Assembly (NCBI GenBank): GCA_965214095.1
Contig: OZ243938.1
Coordinates: 2,016,001 to 2,080,000 of the forward strand
DNA from: Candidatus Poribacteria bacterium
GTDB taxonomy: Bacteria; Poribacteria; WGA-4E; WGA-3G
Reading direction: 5' to 3'
DNA length: 64,000 nucleotides
This document shows, one piece after another, positions 21,901 through 31,616 of the stretch (position 1 is its first letter; every line of letters begins with the position of its first letter). The translations under genes were made by a program, and so were the position numbers. The notes beneath the pieces were generated by a model. That model did no database searches. It was not told the DNA's origin and saw only the letters and a program-made list of their open reading frames with translations.

Positions 21901-23058
21901 AGAATCTTTTCGATTGCCATCCATCGCATTTTCAGTGATATTGTTGAAATATGCGTAGAGTTGATAGTATTCCTTCTGCGAAATCGGATCGTATTTATGG
22001 TCGTGGCATTGTGCACAACCCGCAGTCAATCCCATCCAAACGGTTGCGGTTGTATTTGCTCTGTCAACTGCATATCGGACGTAGTATTCTTCAGCGATTG
22101 AGCCACCTTCACTTGTTGTAACGTGGCATCTGTTGAAACCTGTAGCAACCTGTTGCTCTACCGTCGGTTCGTGCAAGAGATCTCCTGCCAACTGTTCCAC
22201 GGTAAACTGGTCGAAAGGCATGTGATTGGTGAAGGCGTTTATAACCCAATCTCTGTAGGGCCACATCTCACGGTAGTTGTCCAAATGTAGCCCGTGTGTA
22301 TCGCCATAACGCGCGACATCCAACCAGAAACGTGTCATGTGTTCGCCGTATTCAGGCTTCGCCATGTAGGTATCAATCAGTTTATCGTAAGCATTGGGAG
22401 AATCGTCATTTAGGAATAGATGTATCTCATCAAGGGTCGGTGGTAGACCTGTAAGGTCAAAACTTAAGCGTCTGATGAGTGTGCGTTTGTCTGCTTCTTT
22501 CGCAGGTCGAAGTCCTTCTTTTTCAAGACGTGAGAGAATGAATGCATCAACTGGGTTTCGGACCCAATCTGCTTTTTTGACTTTGGGTGGTGTTGGTTGA
22601 ACAGGTGTTGTAAATGCCCAATGTTCTTCCCATTTTGCGCCATCTGTAATCCATTGCTTGATTGCTTCAATTTGCTCTGGTGTTAGCGTTTTATTGAAAT
22701 TCGCTGGTGGCATCTGATAGTTATCGTCTTCAGATATTATGCGTAGGTAGAGTTCGCTCTCATCTGGTTTTTTGGGGACGATAATCGGATATCCACTCGG
22801 TTCGGAAAACGCGCCTTCTTTTGTATCAAGTCGCAGATTTGCCTGTCTGGTCTTCTCGTCGGGACCGTGGCATGCGAAACAGTTATTTGATAGGATAGGA
22901 CGGATATCTTGGGTATAATCAACGGTCGTTTGTGCGGTCTCGTGGTTATCTGCGGATGCAAGGGGTACCCCTAACATCAAGATGCACAAACAGATTAACA
23001 ATGCAGTTAGTGGAACAGAACTTTTAGCACTTTTCACTGGTATCTTCTCCCTTTTCAA
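19000..23058 (-). CDS. Planctomycete cytochrome c + DUF1549 + DUF1553 (PSD1) protein
   Basis: [17 protein letters not shown] (CxxCH), [52 protein letters not shown]. Confidence 0.9.
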   Translation of the reverse strand: MKREKIPVKSAKSSVPLTALLICLCILMLGVPLASADNHETAQTTVDYTQDIRPILSNNCFACHGPDEKTRQANLRLDTKEGAFSEPSGYPIIVPKKPDESELYLRIISEDDNYQMPPANFNKTLTPEQIEAIKQWITDGAKWEEHWAFTTPVQPTPPKVKKADWVRNPVDAFILSRLEKEGLRPAKEADKRTLIRRLSFDLTGLPPTLDEIHLFLNDDSPNAYDKLIDTYMAKPEYGEHMTRFWLDVARYGDTHGLHLDNYREMWPYRDWVINAFTNHMPFDQFTVEQLAGDLLHEPTVEQQVATGFNRCHVTTSEGGSIAEEYYVRYAVDRANTTATVWMGLTAGCAQCHDHKYDPISQKEYYQLYAYFNNITENAMDGNRKDSPPVVKLPTSEQQAQLAKYDDKIKELDAQSKGSIPHIDAAQTAWENRMPRWTTIKPEVVLSQGGATLAIQDDNSVLASGTNPDKEVYEVIAKLPQGKWSAIRLEGIPDKALPGSGIGRSDNSNVVLSGFSVDILPADMSEQMLTEAQEAAKMAAEAIKKAAEEAKKAAEEAKAAEEAKAAEEAKAAEEAGEEADTAEETPENAAATDEEETADKPAEETTENANKPAEETPTENADTPPETEGEEAPPETEGEEAPPEIEGAETAEEVTTPETDETKDTEETSEDAAEPVEEKDPWTAVPIVKAWADKEQAGSDFVIANVIDDKLETGWGLESNNNRGSSRQAIFLVSNPFGTEGGLVRIRLKHESEHAKHHFGRFRLAVTNAPTIYPIGSKVGISTWHSVGPFTAEHGNVAFYNVYEPETKPVNTSDKFSVDSQELTWKQQTHWTDGEVHNDIVGENSATYLYRNISSETKQKATLYLSSNDALKVWVNQMEVLANNIQRDAAPDTEKVQIQLNPGNNALLLKVVNYSGPSGFYFRMESDTPMVTANIVDTIAIDRGQRNGDQQTQIREYYRRNVTTDKDLKKLYADISDTQNKRNSLNNSFTTTLVMQERSEPRGAYVLERGAYEHRGEQVYPQTPAVLPPMVRGAPPNRLSLAKWLVSPNHPLTARVTINRFWQHVFGTGIVRTSEDFGTQGTPPVHPELLDWLATEFIASGWDVQAMQKLMLTSATYRQSSKVTPEKLELDADNVLLSRGPRYRFDAEIVRDNALALSGLMFKKIGGPSVKPPQPGGLWKAVGFTGSNTDTFRKDAGADKIYRRSLYTFWKRTAPPPQMNILDAPSREACTIRRERTNTPMQALMLMNDPQFFEAARVFAERTIKLGGNTPEERIAYMFEMATAREPKATEATLILDTMKVHAEELKANPEAAKELIAVGESKPDEKLDPIEVATWTMIANLILNLDEVLNKG
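21122..21396. repeat. In-frame tandem repeats forming an acidic low-complexity insert
   Basis: 18-bp GCTTCTTCTGCAGCCTTA x3 (21338-21391; KAAEEA) and 27-bp TTTCAGGAGGAGCCTCTTCCCCTTCAG x2+ (21129-21192; PPETEGEEA). Confidence 0.85.
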
Positions 23059-23241
23059 TTTGGTTTAGATGCACAAGTTTTCTATGACGAAATGTTATGT
23101 TATGTAACGTTACGACAATCATAAAGTTTAAAAGTGGTTATGCAATTTTAAGGTGTAATAGGTTTTGTTGTCAATACTTTTTTGAATTGAGATATAGTTT
23201 CAGTTGAGAATGTATCAAAATCATGGTAGAATCATAATCAA

Positions 23242-23595
23242 ATCGCTTATGATGATGTTCTAAGCGGCACACCAGATTATTTTATTTCAACCCGTTCTGA
23301 ATTGGGCAAACTTGTTGTCGGTACGCCGTTGATAATATTAGTTGAAGCAAAGAAGAACGATTTTGAGATTGGTTGGGGACAATGTCTGGCAGAATTAGTC
23401 GCCGCTCAAAAGATAAATGGGAATCCGGAACATCCAGTGTTCGGTATTGTTAGTGACTGAACACTCTGGCAGATTGGACACCTTGTTGGTGAAACCTTTA
23501 CCCAAAATCGTACAAGTTTTAGAGTGGATAATCTGCCTGTCCTATTTAGTGCTATTGATTCTGTCTTTAAAGCGGCAAAAAATTCAGTTCAGTAA
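23242..23595 (+). pseudogene. 5'-truncated PD-(D/E)XK-like hypothetical protein gene with internal stop
   Basis: Frame reads IAYDDVLSGTPDYFIS...LVEAKKNDFEIGWGQCLAELVAAQKIN...FGIVSD*TLWQIG...; TGA at 23458-23460; no start codon or RBS. Confidence 0.7.
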
Positions 23596-23624
23596 TCATT
23601 TTTACCGATTTGTGTAAAATCTAT

Positions 23625-24368
23625 CTATTCCCCTGCAACCTTCTCAAAAATAATCACATGCTGCCACGGCAGGTCATCATGTGTTGCTACCCAAGACAAC
23701 GGGTGCGGTGTTGCCTCTTTCATCACCTGTAACTGACTCATCTTGTGTAAACGTTTAATAGGCACATTGTCATCTTCCAAACGGTACTCAACAAATACTA
23801 CCCTACCACCTACTCTGAGTGCACTACAGATATTCTGCATCATCTGATATGGATGTGAAAATTCGTGGTAGACATCCACCATAATGACAAGGTCAACCGA
23901 ATTGGGAGGCAACTTCGGATCGGTAATTGTACCTAACACTCCTGTGATGTTAGTAATACCTTCTTCAGCCATTTTGTCGGCAAGAATGTCAAGCATCTCC
24001 TGCTGAATCTCGACACCGTAAACGACACCAGTATTGCCGATTTTTTGTGAAATGCGTCTGGCAATGTACCCTGTGCCTACACCAATATCCGCAACAATAT
24101 CACCCTCTTTTAGATTGAGTAGTTCTATGAGTTTATTCGGCATCTCTTCGCGTTCACGCTCAGGACGTTCTAACCAACCTGCAGCGAGATGACCCATCAC
24201 TTGCGATATTTCGCGCCCCATATAGATTTTGCCAATACCATCTCGGTGTGGCGTACGTTGTTCATAGCGCGTACTCGTTGGGCGTTGCGGGTTATCAGCA
24301 GTTGTGGCATAACCCAACAGAAGAAGCATGCCAAAAATGCTTACCATAACATAAAGGTTTTTACACAT
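23625..24368 (-). CDS. Class I SAM-dependent methyltransferase with signal peptide
   Basis: VADIGVGTG motif I, VYGVEIQ, DLVIMVDVYHEF. Confidence 0.88.
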   Translation of the reverse strand: MCKNLYVMVSIFGMLLLLGYATTADNPQRPTSTRYEQRTPHRDGIGKIYMGREISQVMGHLAAGWLERPEREREEMPNKLIELLNLKEGDIVADIGVGTGYIARRISQKIGNTGVVYGVEIQQEMLDILADKMAEEGITNITGVLGTITDPKLPPNSVDLVIMVDVYHEFSHPYQMMQNICSALRVGGRVVFVEYRLEDDNVPIKRLHKMSQLQVMKEATPHPLSWVATHDDLPWQHVIIFEKVAGE

Positions 24369-24406
24369 TGATTTGATCTCCTATATCTAATATTAGTTTG
24401 ATTCTT

Positions 24407-24754
24407 TTAAGTTCTAGCAGGCGGCAGCAGCATAAGTAATCCCCGATTAGGATCTTTCGTAAATCTTCTGATATCCGAGTAATGATTTCTCAAACTGTCT
24501 TCAACAGCACTTGTTGGACAATTCCCCAGTCGAAGCCAAATGACTTTTGGAGGATGGCCGTGAACAATACTTCTGTTACTGAAGTCTGCGTCCTTTGATA
24601 CAATTAGATGGTTATTTTTACGGGCGTAATCCCATAACTCAGTATCCGCTGCCGTATTCAGTCCAATCGTTTTGGCATGAATGGAATTGGGAAATAAGTC
24701 CGACAACCGCGTCACGAGCTGATCAGATAGATTCTGATCAAATAGAAGTTTCAT
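24407..24754 (-). CDS. DUF5615 PIN-like toxin
   Basis: MKLLFDQNLS...DTELWDYA...IVSKDADF...PPKVIWLRLGN; start placed at 24754. Confidence 0.85.
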   Translation of the reverse strand: MKLLFDQNLSDQLVTRLSDLFPNSIHAKTIGLNTAADTELWDYARKNNHLIVSKDADFSNRSIVHGHPPKVIWLRLGNCPTSAVEDSLRNHYSDIRRFTKDPNRGLLMLLPPART

Positions 24755-24980
24755 TCTTGTAAACGACCATTTGGGATTTTTCCTTGTCCGCGGCATACGC
24801 AAAACAGGCGCGAATGTCGGTCTCGGTTAATTCGGGGAAATCATTAAGAACTTCAGCTACTGTCATCCCTGATGCCAGATACTCAAAGACATCGTAAACA
24901 GTGATCCGCATTCCACGAATACACGGTTGTCCGCTGCGTTTGCCATGTTCAATAGTAATAATATCTCTGTAGTTGTTCAT
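24738..24980 (-). CDS. DUF433 antitoxin
   Basis: GKRSGQPCIRGMRITVYDVFEYLASGM...DFPELTETDIRAC; overlaps the PIN gene start. Confidence 0.88.
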   Translation of the reverse strand: MNNYRDIITIEHGKRSGQPCIRGMRITVYDVFEYLASGMTVAEVLNDFPELTETDIRACFAYAADKEKSQMVVYKNETSI

Positions 24981-25047
24981 TGCTGCACCTTCTAAGTATG
25001 GTTCCTTACACTTTCTCAGAGCATCTCTACAAGAGAGATCCAATAGT

Positions 25048-26091
25048 TTACCACCTTCCGAGGTAGAGACCTCGATTCTCCATCGGTATCGGCACACGCA
25101 TGCCTTTCTGACGTTGCGAGTCCACAATTGCGAAGACCATTTCGGTGCTCCGATGTGCAAGTTGAATGTTGCCTTGTGTTTCCGTATCTGTGTCAATTGC
25201 TTCAACAATGTCCTCAATACATCCTACGGTACCGCTTTTCCGCTCAAAAACAGGGAATTGTGTGTCTAATACTTCATTGAACTGCCCTTGACGTTTGCGT
25301 AGTTGAAAACCGAGTCCATTGTTGAGAGAACGGACTGTGCCTTCACTACAATTCACCTCAAATTCATAAGCGGTTCCGAGAATACTGATGCCGTGGATGC
25401 CGTTCTTAAAACGGATGTAACCCATCACGATTCCTGGATCCGAATCGGTTTGATTATCCTCAAAGTCGGCATCATCAACAGCGACATTGCCTTGGACGTA
25501 TTCTATCTCTGAATCGCTTGCCAAAAAGAGGATTAGGTCAGCAGCATGAGTATATCCCCATAAAGCGGAACCTCCCGTATAGGAGATGATAGAACGTCGG
25601 TCTCCTATTTCTCCACTTTCAAGGATTTCACGCATTTTTATGTATCCGGGTGTAAAGCGACGTTGTGTGCCGAGATTGAATTTGATGTTGTATTTTTCGC
25701 ACACATCAAGCATAGCGTCTGCCTCTTCCATAGAGGCACAAAGCGGTTTGTCGCAATAGATGCCTTTCACACCATTTTCTGCAGCAAATTCTGTGATTTC
25801 TGCATGGTTCCCCGGACGCGTGGCAATACTGATGATATCCGGTTTTTCCTGTGTTATCATCTCTTGATAGTCAAGATAGTATTTCGGAATGTCCCACTTA
25901 TCGCAAACATATTTTGCTTTATCTTCAACTACATCTGCCCCTGCGACAATTGTAGTTCGTTCATACGCGGTATAACCGGCTGCATGTGAATATGGTAACG
26001 CGCCGTGGGGTGATCCTTGAACTTCTTCATCTATCGTGCCACCCATCCTTCCACAGCCGATAATACAGACGCGGTATTGTGTGGTTTCCAT
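25048..26091 (-). CDS. Gfo/Idh/MocA family oxidoreductase
   Basis: IIGCGRMG, DIISIAT, YCDKPL. Confidence 0.85.
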   Translation of the reverse strand: METTQYRVCIIGCGRMGGTIDEEVQGSPHGALPYSHAAGYTAYERTTIVAGADVVEDKAKYVCDKWDIPKYYLDYQEMITQEKPDIISIATRPGNHAEITEFAAENGVKGIYCDKPLCASMEEADAMLDVCEKYNIKFNLGTQRRFTPGYIKMREILESGEIGDRRSIISYTGGSALWGYTHAADLILFLASDSEIEYVQGNVAVDDADFEDNQTDSDPGIVMGYIRFKNGIHGISILGTAYEFEVNCSEGTVRSLNNGLGFQLRKRQGQFNEVLDTQFPVFERKSGTVGCIEDIVEAIDTDTETQGNIQLAHRSTEMVFAIVDSQRQKGMRVPIPMENRGLYLGRW

Positions 26092-26132
26092 AGCTTTCCT
26101 CCATAAATCTGTCTCTGATGCAACTTATCCTG

Positions 26133-26972
26133 TTAAGTCGTTAATTGGACAACCTCTTGTTGAACAACTTCCTTTATTTTTCCATAAGATGCGGTTTTTG
26201 TTAATTCCTGCACCTCTGGTGACAAACGTTCAAAGATTGGTTCAGGCATGCCAGATCTACCTTCAAATTGTGGACGGTACCGAAGGATAAGGAAACGTCT
26301 ATCTCGATCCTTTGGTCTCCACTGTAGCACACCGTGGGTCAGAAGTTCAGAGATAACAAGAAAATCTCCTGCTTTAGGTGTTAGGTTGGTAAAAACATCG
26401 TCTGGTTCTGGATCAATACCGTCTGGTCCGGGTGTCAGTAGGTCTTCAGGTCGGTCAAATTGGCTTTTATGTGAACCGGGAATGACAATAAGTCCACCAT
26501 CACCAGGTTGTACATCTGTGAGGTAGAAAAACGCGACAAAGTCGTTGCAGTAGATTTGGCTATTCTTGACTTCATATCGTGTGAGCCAGTGCCGTCCTTC
26601 CCGAGCACAGTGTAGACCCGCAGGATTTGTTCCCATCGGCTGCCTATCAGGATTGTGCTGCTCAAGCGTGAGTGTGCCTGATACAAACCTTGGCATATCA
26701 AAGGTGAACTCTTTGACGAGAGGCCAAATAGCAGGATGTACCGTCATCGCTTCAAGTGAACGGTCAAAAGCGAATCCGTGTTCATATCTACCACCCTTAC
26801 CGGGTTCTAAATCACGAGGACGCGTTGTAAATCCCTCAGGACGTTCATCAAGTGGCATGTGGATATATCTATCAACTGCCTCTTGTGCTGTCTTCAGCGC
26901 ATCTCCTGTAACAGCAGATTTAATGTGTAAATAGCCTGTAACATCAAATAGATAACGTTGTTCTGGTGTCAT
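26133..26972 (-). CDS. PhyH-family Fe(II)/2-oxoglutarate oxygenase (HxA motif)
   Basis: YLFDVTGY, LHCARE, FFYLTDV..GDGGLIVIPGSHK, AGD...LLTHG...RR. Confidence 0.85.
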   Translation of the reverse strand: MTPEQRYLFDVTGYLHIKSAVTGDALKTAQEAVDRYIHMPLDERPEGFTTRPRDLEPGKGGRYEHGFAFDRSLEAMTVHPAIWPLVKEFTFDMPRFVSGTLTLEQHNPDRQPMGTNPAGLHCAREGRHWLTRYEVKNSQIYCNDFVAFFYLTDVQPGDGGLIVIPGSHKSQFDRPEDLLTPGPDGIDPEPDDVFTNLTPKAGDFLVISELLTHGVLQWRPKDRDRRFLILRYRPQFEGRSGMPEPIFERLSPEVQELTKTASYGKIKEVVQQEVVQLTT

Positions 26973-26984
26973 TCTATGTTCCTT

Positions 26985-27800
26985 TTAGGTTAACTGGACA
27001 TGTTCCTGTTTAACTATATCCTTAGTATGTGTATAGTGTCCGTGTTGTGCAAGTTCGCGTGTTTCAGGTGAAAGTCGCTCCATCACCTCAGGTGGAAATG
27101 GGTCTCTGTGTCCTCTATTATCTTGGAAAAACTGCGTCTTATAGCGTAGGATGAGAAATCTACGATACCGTTCCTTCGGTTTCCATATCAGAACACCGTG
27201 TGTCAGCAATTCAGACATGACGATTGCATCGCCTGCGCGTGCGGTAACATTAACGAGGGCAGGATGTAGTTCATCTGATGGATTCTCTGGGTCGGGGAAG
27301 AAGATACCTTCTGGTCTTTCAAAATTCGCTTTATGAGAGCCCGGTAAGACGACTAACCCGCCATCACCCGGACAAACATCAGTGAAATAGAAAAAGATGG
27401 CAAAATCGTTATTGTGAATATGTCCATTTTTAGCGACATATCTACGTGTCTGCCATCCGCAATCTTCGCGAGCACAGTGCAACTTCCCGAGAACCTGATC
27501 GTGCTCAGAACCTTTCGCAACCAGAGAACCCCGATTAAAACGTGGTCTATTGCTGGTCAATTCTTTTACAATTCCCCATGTTTTTGGATGAAGTGTGAGT
27601 GCCTCAAGCGATTTGTCAAACGAAAAACCGTTGGAAAACCCACCACCACCATAACTTATACCGGGTGGGAGTTGGTCTGCGGGTGTTTGGACGCACCGTT
27701 CAACAGCATCCTGAGCGTTTTCCAACTCCTCTTCACTGAGAACATTTTTTAGGTGGATATATCCCGTTAAATCAAAAAGGTATCGTTGTTTAGGAGTCAT
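26985..27800 (-). CDS. PhyH-family Fe(II)/2-oxoglutarate oxygenase (HxA motif), tandem paralog
   Basis: YLFDLTGY, LHCARE, GDGGLVVLPGSHK, AGD...LLTHG. Confidence 0.85.
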   Translation of the reverse strand: MTPKQRYLFDLTGYIHLKNVLSEEELENAQDAVERCVQTPADQLPPGISYGGGGFSNGFSFDKSLEALTLHPKTWGIVKELTSNRPRFNRGSLVAKGSEHDQVLGKLHCAREDCGWQTRRYVAKNGHIHNNDFAIFFYFTDVCPGDGGLVVLPGSHKANFERPEGIFFPDPENPSDELHPALVNVTARAGDAIVMSELLTHGVLIWKPKERYRRFLILRYKTQFFQDNRGHRDPFPPEVMERLSPETRELAQHGHYTHTKDIVKQEHVQLT

Positions 27801-27895
27801 TTTTTACACCATGTGTTCTTTTTAGGTGAATTGTATCATATTTTTGAAATTTTGAAACAAAATTCATTGCATATCATGGAATGAGGAAATATATA

Positions 27896-28738
27896 CTACG
27901 CAGTTACATCTTTCACACAACGAAAACCGAGGTTATACTCTGTATTCCAAGGCGGGTAGTTATTACGAAATGTAATACGCAAAAATCTTTCATCATCGTT
28001 CCATGCACCCCCACGCTGAACGCGTTCCGTTCTTATTTCTCTATGATTTTCCACGACATCAACTATTCTTTCTGCTCCTCCAATCGGATTACTTTTCGGT
28101 GAATTGGTGAAAGGATAGTGGTATGCATCCAAACACCACTCCCACACATTTCCAGCCATATCGTATAAACCGTATCCGTTGGCAGGATAACTTCCTACCG
28201 GGGCAGTCCACTTGTATCCATCATCTGCATCCATATTTGACCACTCATTGTCTGTATTTTTATCAGCGAAATTACACTGTGTGCCATCAGGCAAGGTGTT
28301 GCCCCACGGAAACTGTTTGCCTTCCAAGCCACCCCGAGCAGCCTTCTCCCATTCAGCCTCAGTAGGCAGGCGTTTTCCCAACCATTTTGCATACGCCATC
28401 GCTGCATGCCAACTCACAAAAGTAACCGGATGATCTGCATGTCCTTCTGGGTAGTTGTTATCACGCCAGAGTACCAAGTATCCTTCTGCGTATCCTTGGT
28501 AGATGCGATCCTTTCGCCAGTGTAGATTTGCATCTACGAACGTTTTATATGCTGCATTTGTCACTTCGTGCACATCCATATAAAACGCATCCGTATAAAC
28601 AGGGTGTAACGGGTGTCTATTGTCATTTGGATCTGCATCGGGACTCCCCATTTGGAATTCACCTGCTGGAATTAGGACCATCCCATCTAAAGAAGCATCA
28701 TCGTTATTTGCCGTATCAGTTGTTGTCGTATATGTCAT
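27896..28738 (-). CDS. FGE-sulfatase (SUMF1-like) domain protein
   Basis: MVLIPAGEFQMG, HEVTN, RLPTEAEWEKAARGG, GLYDMAGNVWEW, RGG..GFRC; lacks the FGE catalytic cysteines. Confidence 0.88.
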   Translation of the reverse strand: MTYTTTTDTANNDDASLDGMVLIPAGEFQMGSPDADPNDNRHPLHPVYTDAFYMDVHEVTNAAYKTFVDANLHWRKDRIYQGYAEGYLVLWRDNNYPEGHADHPVTFVSWHAAMAYAKWLGKRLPTEAEWEKAARGGLEGKQFPWGNTLPDGTQCNFADKNTDNEWSNMDADDGYKWTAPVGSYPANGYGLYDMAGNVWEWCLDAYHYPFTNSPKSNPIGGAERIVDVVENHREIRTERVQRGGAWNDDERFLRITFRNNYPPWNTEYNLGFRCVKDVTA

Positions 28739-29012
28739 TTTCAATTCCTATGATTTCTTTTGTTTCAATTTTATATTCTACTGTGCAGTTTGTCAATGAA
28801 AAGAGGGATGTAGTTTTCAGTCATCAGCAATCAGTTATCATTTTCTCTGTAAAACCGTTCCCATTAGATTGTATCCTATTTGTGCAAGTACCAAACACTT
28901 TTCAATCTTGTGTTTCAGAGAATAGTGGTTCATATACATTTCATTTACACAAAGACCTTTAAAAATAGCAAATTGCATAGTATAATATCTAAAAACGACA
29001 TGGAGGTAGTAT

Positions 29013-29927
29013 ATGAAACTCGGATTTGCAAGCGCAATTTTACCTGACCAAACATTAGCACAAGTCGTACAATTCGCCTCAAATACAGGCTATGATTGTG
29101 TTGAATTGATGTGTTGGCCGAAAGGAAAAGCGGAACGACGTTATGCTGGCGTTACTCATATTGATGTCGCAGCACTTACCAATGCGGAAGTTGACCTAAT
29201 TCTACAATGTCTGTCGGATGCGGAAATAACGATTAGCGGATTAGGCTATTATCCAAATCCACTAACACCAGATGAAACAGAAGCAAATATCTACAGCGAA
29301 CACCTTAAAAAACTGATATTGGCAGCAAAACGACTCTCAGTAGACATTGTAAATACATTCATCGGTAGAGATCAGACACGCACAATAGACGGCAATTGGG
29401 AAAGATTCAAACAAGTATGGAAACCGTTAATACAATTTGCAGAGGACAATGGAATTCGTATCGGCATTGAGAATTGTCCAATGTTCTTTACAGAAGATGA
29501 ATGGCCTGCTGGACAAAATCTTGCCTACAGTCCAGCGATTTGGGAACGGATGTTTAATGAGATTCCATCAGAGAATTTCGGACTCAACTTTGACCCGTCC
29601 CATTTTATCTGGCTTCAGATGGATTACCTGAAACCGCTTGTTACTTATGTTGATCGTATCTTTCATGTGCATGCAAAAGATGTGCGGTTAGATAGAGATA
29701 AACTTGATGAAGTAGGTATCCTCGCAACACCACTTGCATTTCACACACCGAAACTGCCGGGACTTGGCGATGTGGATTGGGGAAAATTCTTCTCTGTCCT
29801 GGGCGATACTGGGTATGATGGTTCGGTCTGCGTTGAAGTAGAGGATCGCGCGTATGAAGAAACATTGGAATCACGCCAACGTGCCTTAAGACAGAGTCAT
29901 ATCTACTTGAGACAGTTCATCGGATAG
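29013..29927 (+). CDS. Sugar phosphate isomerase/epimerase (xylose-isomerase-like TIM barrel)
   Basis: [34 protein letters not shown]; GGAGG RBS. Confidence 0.88.
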   Translation: MKLGFASAILPDQTLAQVVQFASNTGYDCVELMCWPKGKAERRYAGVTHIDVAALTNAEVDLILQCLSDAEITISGLGYYPNPLTPDETEANIYSEHLKKLILAAKRLSVDIVNTFIGRDQTRTIDGNWERFKQVWKPLIQFAEDNGIRIGIENCPMFFTEDEWPAGQNLAYSPAIWERMFNEIPSENFGLNFDPSHFIWLQMDYLKPLVTYVDRIFHVHAKDVRLDRDKLDEVGILATPLAFHTPKLPGLGDVDWGKFFSVLGDTGYDGSVCVEVEDRAYEETLESRQRALRQSHIYLRQFIG

Positions 29928-29931
29928 CAGT

Positions 29932-31107
29932 ATGAAGCAATTTGAGTGGCTGCAAACAGAGTATTCTGAGCTCGAAACGGCAGGATTAGCACGACACTTA
30001 CGCACCGTAACGAGTGCACCGACAGGCACAATCAACCTTGATGGACGCGATGTTGTGAACCTTGGTTCAAACAACTATTTGGGGTTAAGTACACACTCCG
30101 AAGTCATCGCTGCAGCAGTTGAAGCAACACAAGTTTATGGTACAGGTGCAAGTGGTTCCCGTCTTATATCTGGCAACACTGAACTCTATACAACTTTGGA
30201 AACTAACCTTGCAAAAATAAAAGGTGCTGAAGCTGCGCTTGTCTTTAGTTCGGGATATGCTGCCAATTTAAGCATCATTCCGGTGCTTGCTGGGGAAGAC
30301 GATCTCATCTTAAGCGATGCCTTGAATCACGCAAGTATCATTGACGGGTGCCGCCTCAGTCGCGCAACAAAAAAGGTCTATCAACATTGTGATGTGGAAC
30401 ACCTAAAGACACTATTAGCCGAGTCCTCTGAATATAGCCGTAAATTGATTATTACAGATGGCGTTTTCAGTATGGATGGAGATATTGCTCCGCTACAGGA
30501 TATTTACGATGTTGCCTTAAATTATAATGCAATGCTGTTAGTAGATGACGCACACGGTTTTGGGGTTTTAGGAAAAGATGGAAGTGGCACTGTCGCACAC
30601 TTCGGACTTCAAGATACAGATATTATTCAGATGGGTACGTTAAGTAAAGCAATAGGCGGTCTTGGTGGATATGTCGCGGGGAGTCGTGCGTTAATTGAAT
30701 TGCTCATTAACCGAGCGCGCGGTTTCATTTTCACCACAGGATTGCCACCCGCAACCTTAGCAGCAGCAGACGCAGCACTCAATGTTATACGTTCTTCATT
30801 GGATTTACGGCAACGTCTACTAAAACATGCAGATACATTGAAAACGGCTCTAACGAACATTGAATATACCTTATTACCGAGCCAAACACAGATTTTGCCT
30901 GTAGTATTAGGAGAACCGCAACGTGCAACTGACGTTGCTGAGGCACTCCTTATGAAAGGTGTATTCGCACCTGCAATTCGTCCACCTGCGGTGCCACCGG
31001 GGACAAGCCGTTTACGTGTAACTGTCATGGCAACGCATACAGATACTGAAATCCAAAAAGCAATAGATGGGTTTGCTTGTGTTACTCACCTTGCCTCTAA
31101 GAGGTAA
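29932..31107 (+). CDS. bioF: 8-amino-7-oxononanoate synthase
   Basis: SNNYLGL, GASGSRLISG, LNHASIIDG, DGVFSMDGD, DDAHG, GTLSKA (PLP Lys), AIRPPAVP. Confidence 0.88.
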   Translation: MKQFEWLQTEYSELETAGLARHLRTVTSAPTGTINLDGRDVVNLGSNNYLGLSTHSEVIAAAVEATQVYGTGASGSRLISGNTELYTTLETNLAKIKGAEAALVFSSGYAANLSIIPVLAGEDDLILSDALNHASIIDGCRLSRATKKVYQHCDVEHLKTLLAESSEYSRKLIITDGVFSMDGDIAPLQDIYDVALNYNAMLLVDDAHGFGVLGKDGSGTVAHFGLQDTDIIQMGTLSKAIGGLGGYVAGSRALIELLINRARGFIFTTGLPPATLAAADAALNVIRSSLDLRQRLLKHADTLKTALTNIEYTLLPSQTQILPVVLGEPQRATDVAEALLMKGVFAPAIRPPAVPPGTSRLRVTVMATHTDTEIQKAIDGFACVTHLASKR

Positions 31108-31186
31108 TATCACACCTTATTACTACTTGAAATTTTCATCAATATGTGTGAAAATATGATAAATCTAAACAGAGAGACCTACCAAA

Positions 31187-31600
31187 ATGAGCACAAAAGC
31201 ACATGTGATTGATTTTGACGAACAGAAACCCGTAGACCGAGGTACTGGTGTTAAGACAGTGCCTTTAGCAGGTAAATGGCTTGATTCTACATCACTGACC
31301 AACGGCATAACGATGTTTGAACCCGGCGCAGCGATTGCCCGTCACTACCATAACTGCGATGAGTCTGTCACGATACTTGAAGGTGAAGCAACTTGTGAAG
31401 TTGACGGGGAAGTCTTTACCATGAATACTTATGACACAACCTTTGTTCCTGCTGGTATCCCGCATCGGTTTTGGAATGAGAGCGATGTCCAGATGAAGAT
31501 TTTGTGGACGTATGCATCAGTTGAAGTCACTCGGACTTTCACTGAGACAGGTGAAACGGTTGGACATTTATCTGCAGGTGACCAGGCGGTTGTATCATAA
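31187..31600 (+). CDS. Cupin domain protein
   Basis: HYHNCDE...ILEG...VPAGIPHRFWN. Confidence 0.85.
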   Translation: MSTKAHVIDFDEQKPVDRGTGVKTVPLAGKWLDSTSLTNGITMFEPGAAIARHYHNCDESVTILEGEATCEVDGEVFTMNTYDTTFVPAGIPHRFWNESDVQMKILWTYASVEVTRTFTETGETVGHLSAGDQAVVS

Positions 31601-31616
31601 AACAGGAGATGTGAAA

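Noticed and set aside
23458-23460. TGA recoding (Sec, Gly or Trp) in the + strand PD-(D/E)XK-like frame
   Set aside because: The gene is also 5'-truncated, and TGA is an ordinary stop elsewhere (e.g. the TIR gene, WD40 gene and rhaI), so decay is the simpler explanation.
24407-24980. DUF433/PIN toxin-antitoxin pair as a novel system
   Set aside because: A common, already described type II TA arrangement; listed as features only.
24981-25217. N-terminal extension of the DUF433 ORF given in the track
   Set aside because: It overlaps the oxidoreductase 3' end; the recognisable domain starts at ATG 24980.
27896-28030. Diversity-generating retroelement target (the FGE/C-type-lectin-fold C-terminus resembles a variable region)
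   Set aside because: No reverse transcriptase and no adenine-mismatched template repeat seen in the window; a remote DGR cannot be excluded.
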